Notes: a model not told the origin generated them from the sequence alone. A DNA stretch of 64,000 nt from Myxococcota bacterium (GCA_965223415.1 OZ245002.1:1376001-1440000); one strand, 5' to 3'; counted from the stretch's first letter, positions 45,713-55,765 are shown. Translations and numbers: made by a program.

Positions 45713-46215
45713 TCGAACGTCCCCCCCTCCGACCTGGTCGGTGGCGCGCACTCCGCAGCGTCGCCGTTGCCCTGATCCTCACCCTGGCCGCCCTCGCGTC
45801 GGCGGCCCCGACCGACCCGGTGATGGTGCTCGCCCAGGGCGAGCGCAACGCCGCGTGGATCGGAGTCAAGGGCAGCTTCCCCGCCGAGGACCTGGTCCAG
45901 GCACCGGTCCCGGTGCAGGTGCTGGTGCGCGACCTGACGAGCGGGACGTCCTACGTCCGCTACGAGCTGGGCGTCGGCGCGTTCCAGGGCAGCGACCCCA
46001 CCCTCGCCGACGGACTGAGTCCCCTCGAGGCCGTGGCGCTCCAGGCCGCGGGCACCGCCACGAGTGCGCCGCTCCTCTTCCTGGGGCCGGCACGCCTGGA
46101 GCTGCTGCTCCCGTCCGGCTTCGCGACCGGCTCGATCGAGGTCCAGCTGTTCTCGGTGGACGCGACCGGCGCCGTCCTCTCGAACGCCCTGACGATTCCG
46201 GGAGGCACGCCGTGA
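45709..46215 (+). CDS. Secreted hypothetical protein
   Basis: ATGA overlap with the regulator; signal peptide VAVALILTLAALASA. Confidence 0.7.
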   Translation: MIERPPLRPGRWRALRSVAVALILTLAALASAAPTDPVMVLAQGERNAAWIGVKGSFPAEDLVQAPVPVQVLVRDLTSGTSYVRYELGVGAFQGSDPTLADGLSPLEAVALQAAGTATSAPLLFLGPARLELLLPSGFATGSIEVQLFSVDATGAVLSNALTIPGGTP

Positions 46216-47744
46216 AGACGCGCCTCGCCCGCCTCCCCGTGATCGCCGCCGCCGCGCTCGCGCTCGGCGTCGGCAACTGCATGGCCTACTACCCGGTCGA
46301 CACCGAACCCGTGCTCTTCATGGACTGGCTGTCGGGCGGCGAGATCGCCGAGATCGTGCCCGGCGCTCCCATGATCGAGCCGGGACCGGACCTGCAGCTC
46401 GGAACGGCGGACGACGTCGTCTTCCCCTTCCGACCGGGCGACGTCGATCTGGTCATCCGCTCCGCCCGCACCACGATGGGCGGCAGCTTCCCGCCGCCGC
46501 ACACGCCGGCGACGGAGCCCCGTGTCACGGTCGCGGCGTTCACCTCGGGAACGCCGATCGACTTCGTCGTGGCGCCGGCCTCGGCATCGGGGGCGCCGGT
46601 GGTGTCGCCGAACCTCGTGGGCGTCCCCATCCTCGTGACCGCCTTCGCAGACCTGGACGGCGATGGTTTCGTCGGAATCACCGAGCTGGACGGCGACTCC
46701 GGTGACGCCGGTATCGAGGATGCGGAGTTGACGCCGGTGGCGAAGACGGTGGTCGTGTCGAACGGCGGTGAGGTCGCGGGGCAGCTCTTCCCCTCGGCCG
46801 GCGGCCCGAGCGGCGCACCGCTCCGCCTCGCGCTGGCCGCGGGGGCCTGGGCCGGCACCCTCGACCCGAACTTCCTCGGCGGGGTCGTCCCGGACGGTCC
46901 GCTCGTGACGACCAAGCTGCCGTTCCACCCGGAGACGGACCCGAACGAGGTGCTGCAAGGCGGGCCCACCGGGCCGCCGCCGCCCATCGCGAACGGCCCG
47001 GTCGCCGCGGAGATCAAGGAGGCCTTCGAGCCGGATCCCCTCCATCCGCGGATCGGCGAGGTCTTCCACATCGCGCTGGACGGCAGCGAGATGTCAGCCG
47101 ACACCGTCACCGCCCGATCCGGTCCGGCGCTCCGGGCCGGCGTCGCTCGCCGGCCGAGCCCGGCCACCTTCGACAGCCTGCCGTCCCGAACGCTCCGGCC
47201 GGCACTCGACAGCCTCGGCCAGCGCACGGTCCTGGAGGTGCTCCAGCGCCTGCCGATCGCCGACGACGGCGCGGGCACGCAGATGATCCTCCAGGTCGTC
47301 CCCGTCGACCTGCTCGGCAACGTCGCCGACCCCGCCGCAGCCATGGCCGTGGTGGTCCGGGTCGAGGGCCCGCTCGCGATCCTCTCGCCGGACGCGGACG
47401 GCGATCCCCTGCGGGAGACCCTGAACGTGGCGGATGCGCGGGGCGTGGAGATCACGGTGGACGACCTCGGCGGCACCTTCGACGACCCGAATACGGGGAC
47501 GGTGCACGTCGAGGACGCCTCGGGCGCGGTGTCACGAACGCCGGTGTTCCTGCCGGACCCGGACGTGGACGACACGGGCCTGGTCGACGCCGCCGACGTG
47601 GCGCTCGTCGATGCGAACGACGGGCTCCGGGATGGTGACCCGGGCTTCGATCCCGACCTCGATCTGACCGGCGACGGCCGTATCGACGCCGCAGATGCGG
47701 CGGCGGTCCAGGCCGCCCTCGGCCAGACGGTGGCCGTGCCCTAG
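46212..47744 (+). CDS. Secreted/lipoprotein with Ca-binding DxDxDG motifs and a C-terminal dockerin-like domain
   Basis: GTGA overlap; hydrophobic leader ending in Cys; DLDGDG; C-terminal DVDDTGLVDAADV...DLTGDGRIDAADA duplicated motif. Confidence 0.72.
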   Translation: MKTRLARLPVIAAAALALGVGNCMAYYPVDTEPVLFMDWLSGGEIAEIVPGAPMIEPGPDLQLGTADDVVFPFRPGDVDLVIRSARTTMGGSFPPPHTPATEPRVTVAAFTSGTPIDFVVAPASASGAPVVSPNLVGVPILVTAFADLDGDGFVGITELDGDSGDAGIEDAELTPVAKTVVVSNGGEVAGQLFPSAGGPSGAPLRLALAAGAWAGTLDPNFLGGVVPDGPLVTTKLPFHPETDPNEVLQGGPTGPPPPIANGPVAAEIKEAFEPDPLHPRIGEVFHIALDGSEMSADTVTARSGPALRAGVARRPSPATFDSLPSRTLRPALDSLGQRTVLEVLQRLPIADDGAGTQMILQVVPVDLLGNVADPAAAMAVVVRVEGPLAILSPDADGDPLRETLNVADARGVEITVDDLGGTFDDPNTGTVHVEDASGAVSRTPVFLPDPDVDDTGLVDAADVALVDANDGLRDGDPGFDPDLDLTGDGRIDAADAAAVQAALGQTVAVP

Positions 47745-47753
47745 GGAAGAGAG

Positions 47754-49991
47754 TCAGAACAGACCCAGCGGCAGCTCGACCTCGAACCGGGTGCCCTCGG
47801 CACTCGAGGACACGAGCTCGATCGAGCCACCGAGCATCTCGAGGATCTTCCGCACGGAAGGCAGGCCGATGCCCGTGCCATCCGGTCGGGTGGTGAAGAA
47901 GAGATCGAAGATGCGGTCCTGCACGGCCTCGGGGATGCCGCAGCCGTCGTCGTCGATGTCGAAGACGAGGTGATCGCCGCGACGCTCGAGGGTGAGCCCG
48001 ACCTCGCCCCCTTCGGGCGTCGCGCGCAGGGCGTTCCCGACCAGCTCGAGCAGCGCCTCCTCGAGGAAGGCCGGGTCGGTCGCGATCGTAGGCAGCTCCC
48101 GGCTCACGTCCACCTGCAGCCGTACGCCGGCACGCTCGGCGCTCTTGGCGAGCGTTCCCGCCACGCCCTCCAGGAGCCGCCCCGGGTCGATGACCTCCGG
48201 ATGGGGCTCCACCGGCCGCGAGAAGTCGAGCAGGCTGCGGATGCGTTGGTCCAGGCGGTCCGCCTCGGAGAGAACGCCGCCCAACGTGTCGGACACCGGG
48301 CCGTGGTCGGCCGCGTCCGCCTGCTCCTGGGCGATCTGGGCGGCGGCGCGGATGCCGGCGAGGGGATTGCGCATGCCGTGGGCGACGGCGCCGGCGAACT
48401 CTCCGATCACGGCCAGGCGTTGGTTGCGCAGGAGCTCCGCCTGGGCGCGGCGCAGGTCGTCGATCGAGTGCGCGTTCTGGAGCGCGAGGGCGCCCTGGGC
48501 CGCCAGGCCGCGAATGAGCTCCCGGTCCGCGGCGGAGAAGGGCGCACCGGTGAGCTTGCGTCCGCCTTCGAGCAGCCCGAGCGGCTCCTCCTGGAAGACG
48601 ATCGGCTCCGAGAAGCTGGCCGTCCCCTCGGCGTCGCCCACGTCGCGAACCCGGGCCCACTCGAGATTCAGTGCGGCCCGCACCCGCTCGGCGAGGGCCG
48701 CTCGGATCGCCGCCGCGTCGTCGAGGGTCGCCAGCTCGATGCCGGTTTCCTCGAGGACGTGCTCCGGTGGCTCGACCGAGCGGAAGAACACGCGATCGAC
48801 GCTCCGCTGGATCGAGCGGCGCGCCGGATCGAAGAGCACGGCCAGGCCCACCAGCAGGAGGAAGCCCGGCGCCGCACCCGGAGCGACCGAAAGGGCCGTC
48901 TGCTCGAGCACCGTGATCAAGGTGGCGTAGACAAGCACCACTCCGGCGGTCGCGACGCCGTAGCCGACGGTGAGCCGGATGAAGCGCTCGGCCTCGAAGA
49001 GGTCGTGGCGCACGATCGCGTACAGCACCGAGAGCGGGAACAGGAAGATCGGCGCGGTCAGCCAGGTCGTCGGGAAATCCCAGCCGAGCAGGAAGAAGGC
49101 GAGGATGCCGACGGACGGGAGCAGGAAGGAGACCAGGGCACCCGAGAAGACGACGCCGGCCCGGAGCCGCTCGGACTCCGTGCGACCGAAGAGGGTGGCC
49201 TGCGCGAGGCCGACGAGCATCGCGAAGGCCGCCAGGGCCCAGAGCGAGAGCGCCACGTTCGTGAGGGCGCGGGCGCGCTCGGGGGCGGTGAGCTCCCAGA
49301 GCGAGCCGAGCAGGCCCATGACCGTCGTCACGCCGATCGCGAGGCCCAGTGCAACCCAACGGCTGCGGGACGTGAAGCGCGAGACGGGGAAGAAGAGGGT
49401 CAGCGCGAGAATCCCGGCCGGGACCGTGGCCTCGGCCAGCGGATAGACGCGGTCGAAGCGGTAGGCAACGACGTGGTCGAGCCCCAGGGCGAGGGCCAGA
49501 CCCAGCAGCACCATCACGAACGCCAGGGCGCGAGCGCCCGGATGGTCCGGCCGCAGCGCCAGCGCGAGCACGGCGATGGCGAAGCAGAAAGCGGCATTGA
49601 GCAGGTAGTTCCCCGCACTCACCCAGAAGTCGGCGCTGCCCGGGACCATGGTGGGCACTTCGAGCCGTTGCTCCCGGCTGTCGAAGCGCACCCGGTAGGC
49701 GATGGGCTCGCCGACCGGGCGCTCCGCGGCCAGGCGATAGAGCTCGCGGCCCGACACGAAGGCACCGTCCTCGACGCCGACGATGCGCCCTCCGTTCAGT
49801 GGCATTCCCGCCTGGGCGCCGGACCAGGAGGGGGCGCCGATCGCCGAGAGCTGTCCGTTCTGGTAGAGGAGGAAGCCCGGTGAGGCTCCGGCGAAGTGGA
49901 GGTAGGTGTCGCGGGCGACGAGTGCCAGGATCGCGAACAGCACGACGCCCAACAGCGCAGCCGCCGCGTGGGACTTCCGGAACCACTCCAT
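47754..49991 (-). CDS. Multi-TM sensor histidine kinase (periplasmic PDZ-like domain, ~8 TMs, GAF-like, HisKA, HATPase)
   Basis: H-box AVAHGMRNPLAGI, N-box LVGNALRA, DDGCGI, FFTTR and GTGIGL. Confidence 0.9.
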   Translation of the reverse strand: MEWFRKSHAAAALLGVVLFAILALVARDTYLHFAGASPGFLLYQNGQLSAIGAPSWSGAQAGMPLNGGRIVGVEDGAFVSGRELYRLAAERPVGEPIAYRVRFDSREQRLEVPTMVPGSADFWVSAGNYLLNAAFCFAIAVLALALRPDHPGARALAFVMVLLGLALALGLDHVVAYRFDRVYPLAEATVPAGILALTLFFPVSRFTSRSRWVALGLAIGVTTVMGLLGSLWELTAPERARALTNVALSLWALAAFAMLVGLAQATLFGRTESERLRAGVVFSGALVSFLLPSVGILAFFLLGWDFPTTWLTAPIFLFPLSVLYAIVRHDLFEAERFIRLTVGYGVATAGVVLVYATLITVLEQTALSVAPGAAPGFLLLVGLAVLFDPARRSIQRSVDRVFFRSVEPPEHVLEETGIELATLDDAAAIRAALAERVRAALNLEWARVRDVGDAEGTASFSEPIVFQEEPLGLLEGGRKLTGAPFSAADRELIRGLAAQGALALQNAHSIDDLRRAQAELLRNQRLAVIGEFAGAVAHGMRNPLAGIRAAAQIAQEQADAADHGPVSDTLGGVLSEADRLDQRIRSLLDFSRPVEPHPEVIDPGRLLEGVAGTLAKSAERAGVRLQVDVSRELPTIATDPAFLEEALLELVGNALRATPEGGEVGLTLERRGDHLVFDIDDDGCGIPEAVQDRIFDLFFTTRPDGTGIGLPSVRKILEMLGGSIELVSSSAEGTRFEVELPLGLF

Positions 49992-50017
49992 GGGCCGCCA
50001 CTCTACACTGGCGAGCC

Positions 50018-51472
50018 ATGGCCGGCGCGAACCGGACGAAGCCGCGGCGCGGCGCACGGGCAGCGGCCGCGTTGTCGAGCGGCGTACTGCTCGCCCTCGC
50101 CCAGCCGAACTGGGGTGCCTGGCCCCTCGGCTTCGTCTGCCTTGTCCCGCTGCTGCTCGCACTCCGCGGTGCCGACCCGTGGGCCCGCGCGACGCTGGGA
50201 TGGCTCGCGAGCCTCTCGGCCACCCTGCTCGGCTGCGTCGCCCACGCGGGCGTGGCGGCCACGGCCTACTTCGACCTGGCATCCTGGCAGGGCTGGCTCG
50301 CGTCCCTTGGGGCGGCGCAGCTCTTCGGCGGCGTTCCGCTGGCGGCCTTCGCCATCGTGGCTCCCCGGGCGGACGGCGAAGGCCCGGCCTCGCACCTCCG
50401 GACGGCCGCCGCCTGGTCCGCCATGGAAGCGTTGCGCTGCGCGCTGGCCGGCGGCCTCCCGTGGCTCCTCCTGGCCTACGCGTTGGCGCCGGAGCCGGAG
50501 TGGATCGGCCCGGCCCGCTGGGGCGGGGTGCTGCTCGTCTCGGCCTGGATGGCCGGGGTCAACGCCGCGCTGGCCAGCGCCGTCGCTGCGCCCGGAAGAC
50601 GGCTCTCGGGCCTCGCCGCCGCCGGGATCGCCCTGGTCCTGCTGCGGCTGGCGGGCCCCGGCCCGGACGGGGCCGGCGGTTCCACGACTCGCGTCCGCGT
50701 CGTACACACGGACGTGTCGGGCCATGCTGCTCCGGCCCGCCTCGCCGAGCTCAGTCGAACCCAGGAGGCTCCGCTCGTGGTCTGGCCGGAGAACGCCGTC
50801 GGCGGCGTGGTCCCGGCGAACGTCGCGAGCCTTCGGGCGCTGCGCGCCGAGGCGGCGCCGGGGGCGGAGCTGCTGCTCGGCGCCACCCACGCCCGGGGCG
50901 ATACGCGGCCCGCCTTCTTCACGTCGGCCGTCCTCATCCCGCGCGACGGCGCCGAGCGCGTGTACGACAAGCGAATCCGCGTACCCTTCTTCGAGTACAC
51001 GCCGTGGCCCTTCGGCGTCCCGCACGACGCGGTGGAGATCAGCGTCGGCGCATCGCCTCTCACCCTCGACGCCGCCGACATCTCCGTCGCACCGCTCATC
51101 TGCTATGAGATGCTCTTTCCCGAGCACGCACGGCGGGGCGTACTCGCGGGAGCGCGCGCGCTGGTGCACCTCTCGAACGAAGCCTGGTTCGGGTGGACGC
51201 GGGGCGCCGACCAGCTGCTGGCAGCGGCGGTCTTCCGCGCCGTGGAGACCGGGCGGCCGGTGCTTCGCGCGACGAACGCAGGCGTCTCGGGGCTCGTCCT
51301 CCCGAGCGGTCGCATGCCCGTGCGCCACCGCGGGGAGGCGACCGCCCTGGACGTGAGGCTGCCGGAGCCGAGCCGGGATCCGCTGGCCCTCCGGGTGGGC
51401 ACCAGCTGGTGGTGGCTGGCCGCCGCCGTCGCGATCGCGGGCTTCGTCCGCGATCGACGCCGGGCTACATGA
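50018..51472 (+). CDS. lnt: Apolipoprotein N-acyltransferase
   Basis: TM region, GGLPW, and nitrilase triad WPENA / YDKRIRVPFFEY / ICYE; SNEAWFG, RAVETGR and RATNAGVS. Confidence 0.88.
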   Translation: MAGANRTKPRRGARAAAALSSGVLLALAQPNWGAWPLGFVCLVPLLLALRGADPWARATLGWLASLSATLLGCVAHAGVAATAYFDLASWQGWLASLGAAQLFGGVPLAAFAIVAPRADGEGPASHLRTAAAWSAMEALRCALAGGLPWLLLAYALAPEPEWIGPARWGGVLLVSAWMAGVNAALASAVAAPGRRLSGLAAAGIALVLLRLAGPGPDGAGGSTTRVRVVHTDVSGHAAPARLAELSRTQEAPLVVWPENAVGGVVPANVASLRALRAEAAPGAELLLGATHARGDTRPAFFTSAVLIPRDGAERVYDKRIRVPFFEYTPWPFGVPHDAVEISVGASPLTLDAADISVAPLICYEMLFPEHARRGVLAGARALVHLSNEAWFGWTRGADQLLAAAVFRAVETGRPVLRATNAGVSGLVLPSGRMPVRHRGEATALDVRLPEPSRDPLALRVGTSWWWLAAAVAIAGFVRDRRRAT

Positions 51473-52862
51473 ACCGCTGCACCACCTTCCGCTTCCGCTC
51501 GCCGTAGGGCGGGTACATCATCTTGAGATCGAAGCGGAAGCCGCGCTTCAGCACGGCCTTGCGGTGGCTGAAGGTCTCGAAGGTGTGGCGGCCGTGATAG
51601 GCGCCCTGCCCGCTCGGGCCGACGCCACCGAAGGGCACGCGGGTGTCCATGATGTGCATGACCGTGCCGTTCACGCAGGCGCCGCCGGAGCTGGTGCGCT
51701 CGAGCACCTTGCGCTGCACCTCCTCGTTCCGGCTGAAGACGTAGAGGGCCAGGGGCTTGTCCCGCTGGTTCACGAAGGCGATGGCCTCGTCCATGTCGTC
51801 CACGGGCAGTACCGGCAGGATCGGTCCGAAGATCTCCTCCTGCATGACCGGCGCGTCCGGCGACACGCCCTGCAGCACGGTGGGCGCGATGTAGTTCTGC
51901 TCCGCGTCGGCTTCGCCGCCGAAGGCGGGGCGGCCGCTCTCGAGGAGCTTGGAGAGGCGCTCGTGATGGCGCCCGTTCACGACCCGGGCGAAGTCCGGGG
52001 TGGTCTTCGGGTCGTCGCCGTAGAAGCTGCGGGTGGCCACCTCGAGCTCGTGCACCAGCTCGTCCTCGCGGTCGCGCTGCACGAGCACGTAGTCCGGGGC
52101 GATGCAGGTCTGACCCGCGTTCACGAACTTGCCCCAGGCAATGCGGCGCGCGGCGGTGGCGACGTCCACGTCCCGGTCGACCAGGCACGGGCTCTTGCCG
52201 CCGAGCTCGAGGGTGACCGGCGTCAGGTGCTCGGCTGCGGCCTTCATGACCACCCGGCCGACGTGTCCGTTGCCGGTGTAGAAGATATGGTCGAAGCGCT
52301 CCTCGAGGAGTGCTGTCGTCTCCGCGACGCCGCCCTCGACGAGGGCGACCGCCTCCGGGTCGAGGTAGTCCCGCACGCAGCGCGCGAGGGCCGCGGAGGT
52401 GTGGGGCGTCACCTCACTGGGCTTCAGCACGGCCGCGTTGCCCGCCGCCAGGGCGCCGGCCAGGGGCGAGAGCAGCAGGCCGACCGGGTAGTTCCAGGGC
52501 GAGATGATCAGCGCCACGCCGAGGGGCTCGCGCAGCACGAAGCTGCGCCCGATGAGCGGGATCGGCCCCTTGCGCTCGGGCCGCGTCCACTTCTTCAGGT
52601 TCCGCAGCGCCCCGGCCGCCTCCATCTTCCCCTGCGAGACGTCGGCGGCGAGGGCCTCCACCGGCGGCTTGCCGAAATCCGCGGCCATCGCCTCCACCAG
52701 CTCGTCGGCGCGGTCGGTGCACAGGGCCTTCAGGGCTTCGAGCTGTGCGCGGCGCCAGGCCAGGGGGCGGGTGTGCCCGGCGTCGAAGGCTCGCCGCAGA
52801 CGCGCCACCGTGTCGGGGATGGCGGCGATCTCGGTGTGGGGAACGTGGGGGGTAGCGCTCAT
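51465..52862 (-). CDS. NAD(P)-dependent aldehyde dehydrogenase (ALDH3-like)
   Basis: SPWNYP, LKPSE, YTGNG, LELGGKSP, NAGQTCIAPDY, EEIFGP and PFGGVGPSG. Confidence 0.95.
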   Translation of the reverse strand: MSATPHVPHTEIAAIPDTVARLRRAFDAGHTRPLAWRRAQLEALKALCTDRADELVEAMAADFGKPPVEALAADVSQGKMEAAGALRNLKKWTRPERKGPIPLIGRSFVLREPLGVALIISPWNYPVGLLLSPLAGALAAGNAAVLKPSEVTPHTSAALARCVRDYLDPEAVALVEGGVAETTALLEERFDHIFYTGNGHVGRVVMKAAAEHLTPVTLELGGKSPCLVDRDVDVATAARRIAWGKFVNAGQTCIAPDYVLVQRDREDELVHELEVATRSFYGDDPKTTPDFARVVNGRHHERLSKLLESGRPAFGGEADAEQNYIAPTVLQGVSPDAPVMQEEIFGPILPVLPVDDMDEAIAFVNQRDKPLALYVFSRNEEVQRKVLERTSSGGACVNGTVMHIMDTRVPFGGVGPSGQGAYHGRHTFETFSHRKAVLKRGFRFDLKMMYPPYGERKRKVVQRFM

Positions 52863-52879
52863 GGCGGTTCCTCCGGCGG

Positions 52880-53596
52880 ATGGACACGGAGAAGGTAACG
52901 GAAGGCGCTCTTGGGTTACCCTCCGCGCCCGCCATGGACGACCCGGATGCCCGCCCCCACCGTTTCACCGAGGAGCTCCCGCCGGACGACGCCGCCCTGG
53001 CCCGCCGCGAGCTGGCCGCGGCGCTCCGCGACGTGCTGGCCCAGCTCGCCTCCACCGACGCCGAGGCGAGCGCCCTGCGCGAGGCCGCCGCCCACGCCCG
53101 GGCACTGGCGGAGGAGCTCGCCGCCACCACCCGCGAGCGCGCGGGCGACCACCCGATGGCCGACTTCCGGGAGCGAGGTCCGATCACCGGCCTGGCGAAC
53201 CCGATGGCGCCGCCCTTCCGCATGTGGCCGGACTTCGAGGCCCGCGTCGCCCGCGGCGAAGGGCGCTTCGGAAGCGCCTACGAGGGCGGTCCCGGCATCG
53301 CCCACGGAGGCTTCGTGGCGGCGGTCCTCGACGAGCTGCTCGGCATGGCCACGATCTTCTCCGGCGGCCCGGGCGTGACCGGCGAGCTGACGGTCCGCTA
53401 CCGGCGCCCCACCCCCCTCCACCGGGACCTGATCATCGAGGCCCGCCTCGACGGCCAACAGGGCCGCCGCCTGGCCGTCTCCGGAGAGCTGCGGGACGGC
53501 GAGACCCTGCTCGTCGAAGCCCACGGCCTCTTCATCGCGGTGGGCCAGGAGCACTTCGACGAGCTCGACCGCACCCGCCGCCAGGACGCCGGGTAG
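52880..53596 (+). CDS. PaaI-family thioesterase (start may be 52934)
   Basis: GLANPMAPP, YEGGPGIAHGGFVAAVLDELLG and LTVRYRRPTP. Confidence 0.85.
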   Translation: MDTEKVTEGALGLPSAPAMDDPDARPHRFTEELPPDDAALARRELAAALRDVLAQLASTDAEASALREAAAHARALAEELAATTRERAGDHPMADFRERGPITGLANPMAPPFRMWPDFEARVARGEGRFGSAYEGGPGIAHGGFVAAVLDELLGMATIFSGGPGVTGELTVRYRRPTPLHRDLIIEARLDGQQGRRLAVSGELRDGETLLVEAHGLFIAVGQEHFDELDRTRRQDAG

Positions 53597-53663
53597 TGAG
53601 ACAAAGGGACGTTCCTGTCTGTCTCACGCTTCGTGAGACAGACAGGAACGTCCCTTTGTCTCA
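53597..53663. repeat. Perfect palindrome with 32-bp arms and 3-nt loop (REP-doublet/REPIN-like)
   Basis: TGAGACAAAGGGACGTTCCTGTCTGTCTCACG-CTT-exact reverse complement. Confidence 0.9.
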
Positions 53664-53702
53664 TGCCCGATCGCCTGGGAATGACGCCCAGGCAGGCCAG
53701 GA

Positions 53703-54017
53703 ACCGCCAGCAAGGCGCTCCGCAAGGGCAAGCTGAAGGACGCGCTGGGAACGTATCGAGAGGAGGGCCCGTGGTCCCAGCGGGCTGCCGACATCCTGCG
53801 GCGGATGGGCGACCGGGAAGGCGAGGTCCAGGGTCTTCGGCGAGATGTCGATCCTGGAGGGCGGCCGGCCGTCGCGACCTGCGCCGCGGCCCGCAAGTCC
53901 TGGGTGCTGGCGCTGGGCGCGCGCCGGGTAGCGGAGCTGCGCGAGGCCGCGGCCGCGTTGGCGGACCAGCGGCGGATGGAGAACGAGACCTTCGGGGCGA
54001 GGGCCCCGGGCGTCTGA
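53703..54017 (+). pseudogene. Possible degraded gene remnant
   Basis: Open frame KALRKGKLKDALGTY...WSQRAADILRRMG...ATCAAARKSWVLAL...ELREAAAALADQRRMEN with no good start; resembles TPR and cNMP-domain fragments. Confidence 0.3.
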
Positions 54018-54023
54018 CGCGCG

Positions 54024-54941
54024 CTACGCCCCGTACGACAGCACCAGCCCCGGCGTCTCCCACGTCGTCCTGACCAGCCGGCCCGTCGACGAGAGCGTCA
54101 CCCATGCGGTGCGCAGGTCCGGCCCGCCGAAGCAGATGTTGGTCGTCATGGGGTCGTCGGTGGGGACGTGGCGGTGCTCGCCGGTCGGCGAGAAGATGGT
54201 GATGCCGCCGTTCACGATGGTCGCGACGCAGACGTTGCCCTCGGCGTCGACGGCCAGCGAGTCGAGGAGCTGCATGTCCGGGAGGCCGGCGAGCGGGTGG
54301 CCGCCGTTCGGCGAGCGCGGGTTCGGGACGATGCTGCCGGGCCCGTCGAGCTCCCAGTAGCTGACGCGGCCGACGAAGGTCTCGGCGACGTACACCCGGT
54401 CGCCGGCGGGAGAGAGGCCGATGCCGTTGGGGCCGCCGTCCACCGGGAAGGCCATCTCGCGGATCGAGGAGCCGTCCGGCAGTGCGTAGAAGATGCCCGT
54501 GCGGTCGCGATCCCGAGCGCGGCTCTTGCCAAGATCGGTGAACCAGAAGCCGCCCTGGTCGTCGAAGACGATGTCGTTCGGTCCGCGCAGGGGATGGCCG
54601 TCGCATTCGGTGTAGAGGACGGTAACTTCGCCGGTTGCCAGGTCGACGCGCTCGATGCGCCCGCCGCTGTAATCGGCGGGCTGGTCGCCGGGAATCAGGA
54701 GATCGCCCATCTCGTGCCACTCGAAGCCGCCGTTGTTGCACACGTAGCAGGCGCCGTCGGGGCCGATGGCCGCGCCGTTCGGGCCGCCGCCGGTCTCGGC
54801 GACGACTTCCTGGCGGCCGTCGGGCTGGACGCGGGTGAGCGTGCCACGGGCGATCTCGACCAGCAGCACGCTGCCGTCGGCGCAGGCGATCGGGCCTTCA
54901 GGAAAGCGCAGACCGCTCGTAACCTCTTCGAACTTCGTCAT
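54024..54941 (-). CDS. SMP-30/gluconolactonase family protein
   Basis: GLRFPEGP, GGGPNG, GPNDIVFD, PNGIGLSP, DSLAVD and TNICFGG. Confidence 0.92.
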   Translation of the reverse strand: MTKFEEVTSGLRFPEGPIACADGSVLLVEIARGTLTRVQPDGRQEVVAETGGGPNGAAIGPDGACYVCNNGGFEWHEMGDLLIPGDQPADYSGGRIERVDLATGEVTVLYTECDGHPLRGPNDIVFDDQGGFWFTDLGKSRARDRDRTGIFYALPDGSSIREMAFPVDGGPNGIGLSPAGDRVYVAETFVGRVSYWELDGPGSIVPNPRSPNGGHPLAGLPDMQLLDSLAVDAEGNVCVATIVNGGITIFSPTGEHRHVPTDDPMTTNICFGGPDLRTAWVTLSSTGRLVRTTWETPGLVLSYGA

Positions 54942-54988
54942 GGGGCGATGCTACCGTAGGCCCCCCCGAGGCGAACGAAGGAGGAGCC

Positions 54989-55765
54989 ATGGGCGAGTTC
55001 AGCCAGGTCGAGAAGGACGGACACCTGACCCTCGTGACCATCAACCGGCCGGAGCGGATGAACTCGCTCCATCCGCCGGCGAATCGCGAGCTGGCGGAGG
55101 TGTTCGACGAGTTCGCGAACGATCCCGAGCAGTGGGTCGCGATCATCACAGGGGCAGGGGACCGGGCATTCAGCGCCGGCAACGATCTCAAGCACCAGGC
55201 GAGCGGCGGCGACATGAGCGGCCAGCCGAAGAGCGGCTTCGCCGGGCTGACGGCACGCTACGACCTGACCAAGCCGGTGATCGCGGCGGTGAACGGCGTC
55301 GCCATGGGCGGCGGCTTCGAGATCTGCCTGGCCTGCGATCTCATCATCGCGGCGGAGAACGCCGTGTTCGCCCTTCCCGAGCCGCGGGTGGGCCTGGCCG
55401 CCCTGGCCGGGGGCCTCCACCGCCTGCCGCGGCAGATTCCGCTCAAGCAGGCGCTCGGCATGATCCTGACGGGCCGCCGCGTGCCGGCGGCCGAGGGCCA
55501 GCAGCTCGGCTTCGTGAACGAAGTGGTGCCGGAGGGCCAGGTCGTGGCCGGCGCGAAGCGCTGGGCCGAGATGATCCTCGAGTGCGCCCCGCTCTCGGTG
55601 CGCGCCAGCAAGGAGGCCGTCCTCCAGGGCCTCGAGCTCGCCGGCGTCGAGGCCGCCAGCGGGGCCCGCTACGACGGCGTCCACGCCATGGTCAAGAGCG
55701 ACGACTTCGTCGAAGGCCCCAAGGCTTTCGCCGAGAAGCGCCCGCCCAACTGGAAAGGGAAGTAA
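54989..55765 (+). CDS. Enoyl-CoA hydratase (crotonase, CaiD-like)
   Basis: INRPERMNSL, FSAGNDLK, AVNGVAMGGGFE, LPEPRVGL and AFAEKRPPNW. Confidence 0.93.
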   Translation: MGEFSQVEKDGHLTLVTINRPERMNSLHPPANRELAEVFDEFANDPEQWVAIITGAGDRAFSAGNDLKHQASGGDMSGQPKSGFAGLTARYDLTKPVIAAVNGVAMGGGFEICLACDLIIAAENAVFALPEPRVGLAALAGGLHRLPRQIPLKQALGMILTGRRVPAAEGQQLGFVNEVVPEGQVVAGAKRWAEMILECAPLSVRASKEAVLQGLELAGVEAASGARYDGVHAMVKSDDFVEGPKAFAEKRPPNWKGK

